A DNA stretch of 64,000 bases. Source: a virus. Taxonomy: Duplodnaviria; Caudoviricetes. The notes under the pieces are model-generated. The model saw only the letters and a program-made list of their open reading frames with translations. It did not search any database and was not told the origin of the DNA. Below are positions 45,687-54,800 of the stretch, in pieces. Location: positions 12,250 through 76,249 of the IMG/VR virus record IMGVR_UViG_3300047160_001275; one strand, written 5' to 3'. The position numbers and the translations under genes were made by a program. Numbering within the stretch: the stretch's first letter is position 1; every line of letters begins with the position of its first letter.

Positions 45687-47795
45687 TCAGTTGCGCCGGT
45701 CGGCCATTGGGGTCTTGTAGTCGTCCTGAATGCGCTTGCAGTACTCGTCGTAAGCGATGTCCTTGTCGGTCATCTGCACGCCGCTCTGATAGAAGCCAGC
45801 GCTGCGGCGGACGCCGTCCGACATGCCGTCGGCCATCCTGCGCACGCCCGATGCTTGCGCCTGGGCGGGGCCAGCGACTGCAAGATTGAACGCGCCGAGA
45901 ACCTGGGCGTCGTCCCAGCCGTCGATGAGCTTCTCGCCGCCCATCGCCGCCGCCGCGACCGCACGGCGGATCTCCTTCAGGCTCTGGGTTCCAAACTCAT
46001 ACGAGTCGCCGAGAACCTTGCGCGCCTGCGCCTTGACGGTGTCGCGGTCGCGCAGGATCTGCTCCTGCCGCTCCTCGCTGAACTCGGAATCCCTGAGCTT
46101 CTTCTTCAGGAGCGCAATCTCGCCGTCGCGGGCGGCGATCGAGTCGCGATAGCCGCGCTCCTTCTTCTCACGCGCCTGCTCAGCCGCCACCGCGTCTTGA
46201 TCGCGGGCGTCGGTGTCGTCTTCGTCATCGTCGTTGTCGTCGCCGCCATTGCCATTCTTCTTCTTGAACGGCGTGGCCTTCTTGCCGCCGAAGTTCTCGG
46301 CCTGATCGGCCACAAACTGTTCGAGGATCGACGCCGAAGCGCCATCGGAGACCTGCACCGGCAGGCCCCGGATCATCACCGTAACCATGTTCTCTGCTCC
46401 TTCCACGCCGCCATCGGCGTCTCCAGTTTCACCCAGTCCAGGCTCGCCCAGTTCGCGGGCGCGGCGGTTGATCAAGGCGCGGGCTGCCGCTGGGTTCTTG
46501 GCCCGCCCAATCGCCTGCTTGGCGTTAGCGAGATCGGCCTTGTTCTTGATCGGAAAGCCGCCATGCGGCAGCGCCTTGCCCTGCTTGGCGAGGCTCTTGC
46601 GTTCTTCTTCGCTGACGTCGCGGTCGTAGACCGCGGCCTCCGGGTATTTGGCGAAGTAGGCTTCCAGATCGGCGTCGCGGGTTTGCTTGCTCTTCGGCTG
46701 CCAGCGCTGAGCCTCGGTCGGCTTGCGCCAGCCGCGTGGGCCGAGCGGGCCTTCGTAGGAGTCAGGCTCACGCTCTGGCTCTTGGCCGGGCTTGCGCCAG
46801 CCGCGCCGGGCCAAATAGCCTTCAGAGGTGTCTGGGCTGGCCTTGGCTTCCTTCTCCCGCGCCGCCCAGGTGCGCTTCCGCGCCTCCAGCGCCGCCGCTC
46901 GCGCCTCCTCGCTCCAGGCGTCGTCGATGTCCGCGTCGCCGCCTTGGGTCGGCCGCTCGCGATAGCCGCAGGACGGGCATTCGTTGGCGTCCATCATCGC
47001 GCCACAGTTCGGGCACGGGCTCTTGGTCACCCCGTCGCCGAACCGTAAGGAGCGCCCGCCCCTGGCCACCGGCACCAGGGCGTGATGATTGGCTCTGATG
47101 TCCCGCTGCACCCCGTCATAAGCCTCGCCGTCGGGCGTCTGGCCTGGGGTCCAATCAATGTCGGTGGTGTAGCCGACGCTGAGTTCACGAACCCCGTTCT
47201 CGTAAGCCTCGATCGCCGCCGCGTCGGTCAGCATCAGCGGCACCCGCACATACTCGCCGTCCCTGACCACGTCGGAGCCAGAGAAGCCCTTGGCCACCTT
47301 GGCCCACGTCTTGGTGTCGACCATGCGCGACGGATGGGTGAGGGTGATCGGCTTGTTGGCCATCGAGTGCATGGCCGAAGCCGAGAACACTTCTTCCGGC
47401 GGACGATAGAGGGTGACGAAGTCGCGATCCCTCAGCCCGACCTCGCGGCCCCGGTAGCGCTGGGTGCCGACGCGGGCCACCAGCGCCTCGCACACCATGT
47501 AGCCGTCGCTAGTTCGCCTAACGTCGTCGAGCAGCGCCACGTCGTCGAGCAGCACGTCGCGGGTCCACATCTGTCCCTCCTGGTCGAGCAGGGCGTCGGC
47601 GGCGTGGGGCGGATGGGCCTGCCGCCACGCCGAGGACTTCTTGCCTCGGAGCTTGCCTTGCTTGGTTGCGGTCGCAGTGCCGGGCTTAAGGTTTCCGGCC
47701 TTCTGCATGGCTGCGGTGGCGATGGCCCAGGCCGAGGACTCGGAATGGCCCTTGGCCTGAATCTTCTCGGCCGCCTTGTGCAGGATGACGGGCAT
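45687..47795 (-). CDS. DUF2213 prohead protease/scaffold with inserted modules
   Basis: ARVGTQRYRG...RPPEEVF...KPITLTHP...ELSVGY...NHHALVPVARGG; extra N-terminal peptide, CPNC..CPSC, DAWSEEAR, and GKALPHGGFPIKN modules. Confidence 0.88.
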   Translation of the reverse strand: MPVILHKAAEKIQAKGHSESSAWAIATAAMQKAGNLKPGTATATKQGKLRGKKSSAWRQAHPPHAADALLDQEGQMWTRDVLLDDVALLDDVRRTSDGYMVCEALVARVGTQRYRGREVGLRDRDFVTLYRPPEEVFSASAMHSMANKPITLTHPSRMVDTKTWAKVAKGFSGSDVVRDGEYVRVPLMLTDAAAIEAYENGVRELSVGYTTDIDWTPGQTPDGEAYDGVQRDIRANHHALVPVARGGRSLRFGDGVTKSPCPNCGAMMDANECPSCGYRERPTQGGDADIDDAWSEEARAAALEARKRTWAAREKEAKASPDTSEGYLARRGWRKPGQEPEREPDSYEGPLGPRGWRKPTEAQRWQPKSKQTRDADLEAYFAKYPEAAVYDRDVSEEERKSLAKQGKALPHGGFPIKNKADLANAKQAIGRAKNPAAARALINRRARELGEPGLGETGDADGGVEGAENMVTVMIRGLPVQVSDGASASILEQFVADQAENFGGKKATPFKKKNGNGGDDNDDDEDDTDARDQDAVAAEQAREKKERGYRDSIAARDGEIALLKKKLRDSEFSEERQEQILRDRDTVKAQARKVLGDSYEFGTQSLKEIRRAVAAAAMGGEKLIDGWDDAQVLGAFNLAVAGPAQAQASGVRRMADGMSDGVRRSAGFYQSGVQMTDKDIAYDEYCKRIQDDYKTPMADRRN

Positions 47796-47797
47796 GG

Positions 47798-48130
47798 TCA
47801 GAACTCCACGGGAACGAAGAAGCAGCGGAGCGTCGGATCGCCTGCGATGTAGCCGAAGAACAGCCAGTACTCGCCGTCTTGGCTCGGCAGGGCGAAACGG
47901 TTCGGGATCGGGTGCGGGAAGATGTCGACCACCCAGTCGCCTGCGCCGTTGCGGTGAACCTGCTCAGGCTTGAGGTGATGCGCGTCCGTCTGGCCGCAGC
48001 ACGCCGCCTTGACCCAGCCGGGAACGATCGCCCCATCGGCCCATTGGTCGTGGCCGAACGCCGATGTTGAGACTAACGCGAAGAACGCCGAAATAAATAT
48101 TTTCGCCTTCGTAAGTCCTTTGCCCGTCAC
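47798..48130 (-). CDS. small exported Cys-containing protein
   Basis: Signal-like FISAFFALVSTSAFG followed by HD...ACCG...LRCFFVP. Confidence 0.6.
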   Translation of the reverse strand: MTGKGLTKAKIFISAFFALVSTSAFGHDQWADGAIVPGWVKAACCGQTDAHHLKPEQVHRNGAGDWVVDIFPHPIPNRFALPSQDGEYWLFFGYIAGDPTLRCFFVPVEF

Positions 48131-48181
48131 ACCAGCCCTCGCGCAAGTCCTTTATGTTATCTCAATTCCACAAACCGCGAT

Positions 48182-48209
48182 TTGCATTTGGCGAACTAAT
48201 GCTTATATT
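48182..48209 (+). promoter_or_regulatory. putative sigma70 promoter TTGCAT-N16-TATATT
   Basis: AT-rich stretch upstream of the only plus-strand intact gene in the late region. Confidence 0.5.
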
Positions 48210-48264
48210 ACAGACTCGAGGCGATAACCCTCGCATGCTGTTTGACAACCAAAGGGAAGCAACT

Positions 48265-48630
48265 ATGAAGAACGGAATCCACCCGAACGCCAACCTGTCG
48301 AAGCTCAAGAAGTTGCTTGGCGCGAACTTCCGCTATCGGCTCGATCCGAAGGCGGCGACACAGGAGGAAAGGGACGAGGCGCGGGAGAAGGCGCGCGACG
48401 ACTATCGCAATGCGCTCCTACAAGGCGATCAGAAGCACCAAGAACTGGTCGCCGCCGCGAAGGACGCCAAGGAGCGAGCCGGAAGGCTCATAGCCAGATC
48501 GAGGAGCTACAAGATCACGGCTGGCACGGTCGATCAGGCTGGGAGCTTCGGCTTCTTCAGCGTGAGGGCCGAGGGCGACACCTGGGCGCAGATCGTGGAG
48601 AAACTGGACAGGACGGACAGGCGAGCCTAA
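48265..48630 (+). CDS. moron-like hypothetical protein
   Basis: AGGGAAG then ATG; own promoter and terminator; antisense to the late operon. Confidence 0.65.
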   Translation: MKNGIHPNANLSKLKKLLGANFRYRLDPKAATQEERDEAREKARDDYRNALLQGDQKHQELVAAAKDAKERAGRLIARSRSYKITAGTVDQAGSFGFFSVRAEGDTWAQIVEKLDRTDRRA

Positions 48631-48701
48631 GCTCCCAGCGGTCCTCAGATTGGACTGCACTGGAAGCGAATTAACCCCCTCTACTACTTACTCTCGATGA
48701 C

Positions 48702-48735
48702 TGGCGGCCTCGTCAAAGGGGCCGCCTTTCTTTTT
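48702..48735 (+). terminator. rho-independent terminator
   Basis: GGCGGCCTC-GTCAAA-GGGGCCGCC stem-loop followed by TTTCTTTTT. Confidence 0.7.
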
Positions 48736-48892
48736 GCCCGAACACCTTCTCCAGCCGGTCGCGCGCAAGCTCGACCCGCCGCGCGGTGTCGGTCATCCGA
48801 TACGCCCGCCACGCCAGCAGCCACGCGCTCACCGCAATGAGCGCCGCCACCGCCGCCAACGCGACGGCGATGGCGGGCAGCCAATCGTTCAA
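48713..48892 (-). CDS. small single-pass membrane protein
   Basis: Not in the ORF track. My translation from TTG: MNDWLPAIAVALAAVAALIAVSAWLLAWRAYRM...KERRPL. Confidence 0.45.
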   Translation of the reverse strand: MNDWLPAIAVALAAVAALIAVSAWLLAWRAYRMTDTARRVELARDRLEKVFGQKERRPL

Positions 48893-49278
48893 CGGCGGCC
48901 AGGAAGGTCCGGCTCAAGGCCCGAGCCTTCGTAAGGCACGAACACCATGCACTTGTAGTAGGGCGAGTAGGCCCAGAAGCCCCTGGCCCCGACGATCTCA
49001 ACGCCGCCTTGCGCTGGGCGAGAACGCATTACGGGCTCATTGTCATCGGCTCGAGGATGACCCTGACGACTGGCCATGATAGGGAGCGCCATGATGACCC
49101 ATGAAGACGCCCATGAAGACGTGATGATGCTGTTCGACATGGAGGAGCCCGAGGCGCTCCTGGGCGAGCATCCTCCACGCCAAGCCCGGCTTAATGTTGT
49201 GAGATGACTTTCCGGCTTACGGTGCGAGGATCAACGGCCGACATTCTGCGCGCCCAGATGACTCTACCTCATGGAAAT

Positions 49279-49430
49279 GGCGGCAAGGTTTTCACGCCTC
49301 GCCGCCTCGTTTGGTCGCTGCCGGATGGCGAGGGATTCGACCCCCTCGCCTTCACCGCTCGCATCGGGGCGCGCGCCGAATTTGGACGGGTCTTCGTCGT
49401 CCCAGATTCAGGGGGCGGCGAAGCCCGTCC
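49279..49430. other. cluster of three stem-loops (candidate structured RNA)
   Basis: Hairpins at 49279-49306, 49327-49350 and 49384-49430. Confidence 0.5.
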
Positions 49431-49458
49431 GAGCCGCGGCAGATGCGCTGCCTTTCGC

Positions 49459-50007
49459 TCACGCGGGCGGCGTCGGGGCCGAAGGAGTCGGCACTTCCGT
49501 GCCTTCCGTCGGCACGATGATCACCGTCCAACCGGTGCGCAGCGTCCATACGGGCTTAGCCTCCCAACCCTTGATCGGCTCGGGCGGCGTCTCGCCTGGA
49601 GGCAGCGGATGACCGGCGACGGGCGGATAGCCGCTGCCCGGAGGCAGTTCGACCCCCGGAGGCCCCCAGATCGGGAACGTCGGCTCCCCCGGCGATCCGC
49701 CGCCCGGAGGCTGTCCGCCACTCGGCGGCTGGCCGGGAAAACCGGGCCAATAGATCGGCGGCGTCGGTCGCGGGTCGGTTGGCCCCCAAATGCCGGGAGG
49801 CTGGCCGCCTTCCGGCGGATAGCCGCCCGGAGGCACGATCGGATGGGCCGGGAACACCGGCTCGCCGGGCTCCGGGGGCGGCACGATGGGACCGCCGCCG
49901 ATGCCCAGCCCCAGGATTGAGGCTTGGCCGGTCAGGGTCACCTTGGTCGGTTTCTTCTGGGCGTGGTCCCATAGCACGCCGTCGATTTGAATAGGCACTG
50001 ACGCCAT
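49459..50007 (-). CDS. Pro/Gly-rich repeat protein
   Basis: GGGPIVPP, PAHPI, PPGIWGP, PPIYWP, PIWGPP motifs. Confidence 0.7.
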   Translation of the reverse strand: MASVPIQIDGVLWDHAQKKPTKVTLTGQASILGLGIGGGPIVPPPEPGEPVFPAHPIVPPGGYPPEGGQPPGIWGPTDPRPTPPIYWPGFPGQPPSGGQPPGGGSPGEPTFPIWGPPGVELPPGSGYPPVAGHPLPPGETPPEPIKGWEAKPVWTLRTGWTVIIVPTEGTEVPTPSAPTPPA

Positions 50008-50008
50008 T

Positions 50009-50329
50009 TTATTTCGCTCCTTTGCTGGATGTCGCAGTCGGCGGAACGAGCATTCCCGGCGGCGGCTTGGGTGTCTCTTCCGGCGGCAGCACCGGAATAT
50101 AGATCGGATGCTCGGGATGGGCGTCGGTCGGCGGCGTCCACCCTTCCGGCGGCTTCTCCCCGCCGTTCGGCGGCGGCCCCGGGATGTAGATCGGCGGCTT
50201 CGGCCATGGGCCGGGCGGACCCCATATGCCCAAGGGCGGCTCGCCGGGACCGGGAATGATCGGCCCGCCGCCGATGCTCAGACTGCCGTCATAGATCTCG
50301 CCCTTGATGACTATGGGCTTGCCTGCCAT
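50009..50329 (-). CDS. Pro/Gly-rich repeat protein (paralogue)
   Basis: GGGPIIPG, PLGIWGPP, PPIYIP, PEHPIYIP. Confidence 0.7.
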   Translation of the reverse strand: MAGKPIVIKGEIYDGSLSIGGGPIIPGPGEPPLGIWGPPGPWPKPPIYIPGPPPNGGEKPPEGWTPPTDAHPEHPIYIPVLPPEETPKPPPGMLVPPTATSSKGAK

Positions 50330-50463
50330 CCTTAATCTCCTGCGATGCTGAGTTAACCCTTAGGTGCGGGGATCGCCCATGGGTTGAGCGAGTGCAGCGT
50401 TACGCTCCTCCGCGCCCACGCGCTAGAGCCTTATGCCAAAATTTCATGTCGCCCTGCTGACGA

Positions 50464-50850
50464 TCAATGACTCACGATCGTCACGTCGGCCGTCCCGCTT
50501 AGGACCACATACAACCCGACATGGTACGCCCACGGCGTGCTGCCGGTGATCCCCGCGCCGTTCTTCGACACGTCCAGCACCCCTATCACCGCGCCGGTCG
50601 CATCGACCCCGTCATAGACCCTCAGGCTGCCGCTGGTCGCGGCGGTGTTGACCGCGATGCTGCTGATCCAGCCCGAGCCGGTCTTGATCAGCGTCGATCC
50701 CGCCGCGCTCAGGTGAGTCAGCGTCTGGCCGTTCGGATTGGGCGCGAGCCACACCGGCTGGGCGTTAGCCGGATTCTCGGTCGGCGGCCGAGGCTGCTGA
50801 GCCAAAGCGGGAGAGGCCAAGAGCGCCAGCGCGAGACCGAGCCGTCTCAT
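50464..50850 (-). CDS. exported protein with phage structural-like beta domain
   Basis: Signal peptide MRRLGLALALLASPALA; TLIKTGSG...YDG...GLYVV. Confidence 0.6.
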   Translation of the reverse strand: MRRLGLALALLASPALAQQPRPPTENPANAQPVWLAPNPNGQTLTHLSAAGSTLIKTGSGWISSIAVNTAATSGSLRVYDGVDATGAVIGVLDVSKNGAGITGSTPWAYHVGLYVVLSGTADVTIVSH

Positions 50851-51095
50851 CCGGTGACGAGCCCGCAAGCCGCAGCCAGACCGTCGGGCGACCAGTGCGG
50901 ATCGGTGATGCCGCGATCAAGCGGGCTCAGCTTGCGGAACGCGTTGAGCCCGGAATAGGCGTTCAACTGCTTCTCGGCCCGCGTCGGGTCGAGCACGCTC
51001 CACTTGTCCAAGATCACCGAGCCTGCCTGGGCGTTGACCGCCTGCATGATCGCCAGCGGGCTCTTGGCCTTATGCGGGTCGAGCGGGTGAGCCAT
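50847..51095 (-). CDS. hypothetical protein
   Basis: 82-aa coupled ORF. Confidence 0.55.
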   Translation of the reverse strand: MAHPLDPHKAKSPLAIMQAVNAQAGSVILDKWSVLDPTRAEKQLNAYSGLNAFRKLSPLDRGITDPHWSPDGLAAACGLVTG

Positions 51096-51098
51096 CTC

Positions 51099-51695
51099 TC
51101 ATCTCCTCACATAGATGTCGTTGTGAGTGCAGCGCTGCGCGAACTCATAGCCCTGCGGCTCCAGCACGGAGCAGATCGCCTGAGACTCGGCGTCGCACAT
51201 CGCCTCGACGCAGATGACCATCGGCCCGTTGATCTTGAGGTTGGCGGTCTTCAGCACCGGCAGGTCCATGCCCTCGATGTCGAGATCGAGAAAATCGGGA
51301 TAGACGCCGCCCCAGTGCGCGTCGACGATCGCCCTCATCGTCGTCAGCTTGACCGTTTCCTGGCTGGTGACCGGGGCGTAGCTCAGAAGCCGCCCCTTGA
51401 CCAGCGAGTTGCAGCCCCTCGTCTCGGTCGAACGATAGAACGTCGCCTCGCCCGGCGCGACAGAGATCCCTACGCACAGGTTGACGTCGTCTGGCCGGTG
51501 CTTCTGAAAAAGCTCGATCGCCTCATGATCGGCGTCGACATTGATGCCGCGCGATCCCCGCTCGTAGAGCAACGCGGTGTTGGAGATCTCGAACGGATGG
51601 AAGCAGCCGACGTCGAGATAGCCAGGCTTCTCCACCCCCAGCTTCTGGAACAGGTCGACGAGGATGATGTCCTCGCCGTGCTGGGAATAGCCCAC
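51099..51695 (-). CDS. FkbM-family methyltransferase
   Basis: YSQHGED, YLDVGCFHP...SNT, LDLDIEGMD...VICVE. Confidence 0.88.
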   Translation of the reverse strand: MGYSQHGEDIILVDLFQKLGVEKPGYLDVGCFHPFEISNTALLYERGSRGINVDADHEAIELFQKHRPDDVNLCVGISVAPGEATFYRSTETRGCNSLVKGRLLSYAPVTSQETVKLTTMRAIVDAHWGGVYPDFLDLDIEGMDLPVLKTANLKINGPMVICVEAMCDAESQAICSVLEPQGYEFAQRCTHNDIYVRR

Positions 51696-51699
51696 GCTT

Positions 51700-51894
51700 T
51701 TAGGCGGGACGGCGCGGGGGCTTGGGGGGCTTGGAGTGCCGCGCCGTCCCTTCCCTACGGCGAGCTAGCGCCGCAGCCCGTGCTTCGATTCTCCCTTGCG
51801 GGGAAAGCCAATTCTTCGCCCCGGTCTCCAGATCCATCTTCGAGAGATCGACCTCGATCGTCCCGTCGGGCTTCTGAGTCACCCAGTCAGGCAT
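51700..51894 (-). CDS. hypothetical protein
   Basis: 64-aa ORF overlapping the MuF stop. Confidence 0.45.
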   Translation of the reverse strand: MPDWVTQKPDGTIEVDLSKMDLETGAKNWLSPQGRIEARAAALARRREGTARHSKPPKPPRRPA

Positions 51895-54800
51895 GCTGGC
51901 CCTTCACTTCTTTCTGCACCGCAGCAATCATCTCTTCCTTGGTCGCCTCGCGCTCTGCGCCGATCGGCACCCAGCCGACGCTCGGCGCTTGGCGGTGATA
52001 GGCGTCCCACTTCTTCCACGCCGTGCCCGCGACCACCACCTCCTGCTCGCTCGCCGTGTTCTTGCCAAAGGCGGGAACCGACAGGATCGCGGTGCGCGGC
52101 GCGTTCAGCCTTATCACCGTCCGGTCGCTGCCGTCCCAGTTGTTGGCGATATGGTCGGCGACCGAGAATGAAGCCAGCCCGTTCTTCTTGATGTCCACCT
52201 TCGGCATCAGCCGGTACTTGAGATTGCCCACCGCAACCTCGATCTTCGCCGCGATGTCGGTGATCGCCTCCGGCAGGGTGACGCTGCGGTAGAGGTTCAG
52301 TTCCTTCATCCCGGCGTGGTCAAGCAGGTACTGCGTGGTCTCCCACTTGGCCCGCGCCAGAGCCTTGATCCCCTCATAGCCGCCGATCAGCGGATAGTTG
52401 GTGTCGGCCCACTCGACCACGTCGTGGCGGTCGATGCTGTAGTGCGCCCCGCCGCTCTGCAACCGGCCGCCCAATTCCTCGCTGGCCGCCAACTGCAACA
52501 ACTGGCCGCCCTTGGTCGACGAGGCGTCCAGCCAATCGCTCCACAGGAAGTCGTCGGCCAGCACGACCATGCCGGTGGGGTTCTTGATCCCGCCCGGCTT
52601 GATCAGCCCGCGTTGGTCGAGGATCTCGCCAGCCCGCCGGTTGAACAGGGCCTTGGCGATCCGCTGGGTGTTGACGTAGTCCATGCCCGAAGTTGCGTTC
52701 AGCGGATCAAGCTTGGCGGGCCGGGTGATGCGCCCCCAGTCCGCCTGCTTGAGGCTCGGCATCTGGTTCATGGCTATGGCGAACTTGTCGACGTCGTCCT
52801 TGTCGTCCCAATCCTGATTGACGCTCTCGGTCGCGTACTCGCCGAGATAATCTGGGGGGTCCATCTGGTCGATCCGCTCGTCCACCACCTCATCCATCGC
52901 CTTCTTGAGAGTCGCGACGATCTTGTCGCGCATCGCGGGCGTCAGCAGCTTGGCGTAGTCAGGCTTCTCGAACCCCTCGAACTGCGGCTGATCGCCGCCC
53001 ATTCTGGCTCTGATCGCGGCGCGGATCGCGCCTTCGGCCCAGCGGAACTCCAGTTCGCCGCCGTGGTGGTCGTAGCGCGCCTCCAGCGCGTTCAGAATCT
53101 GGTCCTTGCCCAGCGGCAGCGGAGCGAGCCCGCCCTTCTCCCACTGGCTCGGCTGCGGCAAGTGGTCCTCGTCCGACGTCTGCGGCTCGAACAGGTCGTT
53201 GAGCGCCTCCGTCGGCCATTGGTTGTCGGCCTGATGGTTGAACTCGTCGGCCAGCAACTCATAGGCGTCGGCCTTGGCCGATTCCTCCTGCCAGGAGTTG
53301 ATCTGATAATCGAGTTCCTGCTGGTAAGCGTCATGCTTCCAGTTATCCGCGACCTCGTCCTGCTGCTGACTGGTGAGATCGGCCCAGGTCGTCCGCGCCC
53401 CGCCGCCGGTCTCGACCTTCCCGGCCTTGTAGATCGCCTCGGCGTCCGCCTCGACCGTCGGCTTCGCGGCCTGCCATTCCCGCTCCAGCCGCGCCGCCGT
53501 GTGCCGGTTCCAGGCGTCGCCGCCGACGTCCACCACCGCAGGGTCGAGACCCGCCACGTCGATTGGTGGCGAGGGAGCCGTGTCATCGGCCTGCGGCCCC
53601 GCCTTCCGGTCCTCCTGCCATTGCGCGAACGCCAGCCTGAAGCCAACCAGATCGACCGGCTTGCCCGACGGCATGAACTTGTCGAGATTGGCGCTCATCC
53701 ACCGGTGCATCTCGGGGGCGGCTTCGGGGTGCGCCTTCTCAAACTTGTCGGTAGCCGCGTTGACCGCGTCGATTTTGGCCTTGTCGTCCCCGCTCGGCCC
53801 GAACTGCTGGAACCCCGCGCCGGTCTTGGCTACCTGCTCAGCCAGCGAACCGCTTTCCCCCTTCGGCGCGAACTGCCCGCCCTTGCCGCCCTCGGCCCCG
53901 GCAGGCTCGTGCAGCGGGTTGAAGTCAAGGATCGCGTCGCCGAACATCCCCACCGGGGCGAACAGGCAGCGGCAGTTGGGGTGGGCCGGAATCAGCCCGC
54001 GCGCCACATTGATGCGGTACGGGCCGTTGTCCGCGATGTCCTCGCAGACCTTGCACACCTTGTCGTCCTGCGCCGTCAGGACGTCGACCTCTAGCGGTGC
54101 GCGCCGAAACGCGGCTTCCGCCCGCTCGGCCCTGGCCTGCAAACCCTCGATCGGCAGGTAGCGCCTGAACCGCCCGGTGCGCTTGCTCCTGTATTTCTCG
54201 CGCATCTCGGCCGGGCCCCGCGCAGCCGCAGGCGACGGCGTTGGAGGCGGCGGCCCAGCCTGCCCGATCAGCCGCTCGGCCAGAGCCGCCTGCCTCACCG
54301 AAATACCGCGCAATCCGGTCGAGGCTAGCATGAGATCTCTAGCAAGCTGGCTGGCGTCGGCCGGGAGCCTGCTCCGCGCCTCGCTCAATCGGCTGATCAG
54401 ATCGGCCTGCCTCTCGGCCCCGATGTCAGGCTTGAACCACGGCTTGTTCGCCGTCTCGCGGATCAGCCGCGCCAAATCCTTGTCGCTGGTGCGCGCGTCG
54501 TCGAACAGGGCGTCCTTCACCCCATAGAGATCGTCGAGGGCGTCGTGCGCGAGGGCCGCTGACCACCGATGATGAAGCCTTTGCCAGACGGCTCGACCTT
54601 CTTGAACCGGGGATCTTGCAATAATGCCTTCGTATTCTCTTCGTGCGTCGTCCCGCTGCTCCCGGTCGGTCCCGTCTTCCTTGTGGGCGCCGATGAACTC
54701 GGCCCGCCCGTCCCGCCAGTGGATGTCTGAGCCATATCTCTGAGCCGCCTTCGCAGTCGCATCCTTAAGAGAGCCGTCTGTGTCGACCACATGAACCACG

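Noticed and set aside
49320-49352. T-arm-like GGTCGAATCCC on the minus strand suggesting a tRNA
   Set aside because: The stem is 8 bp or longer with an 8-nt loop, and I could not build acceptor, D or anticodon arms. Kept only as a hairpin.
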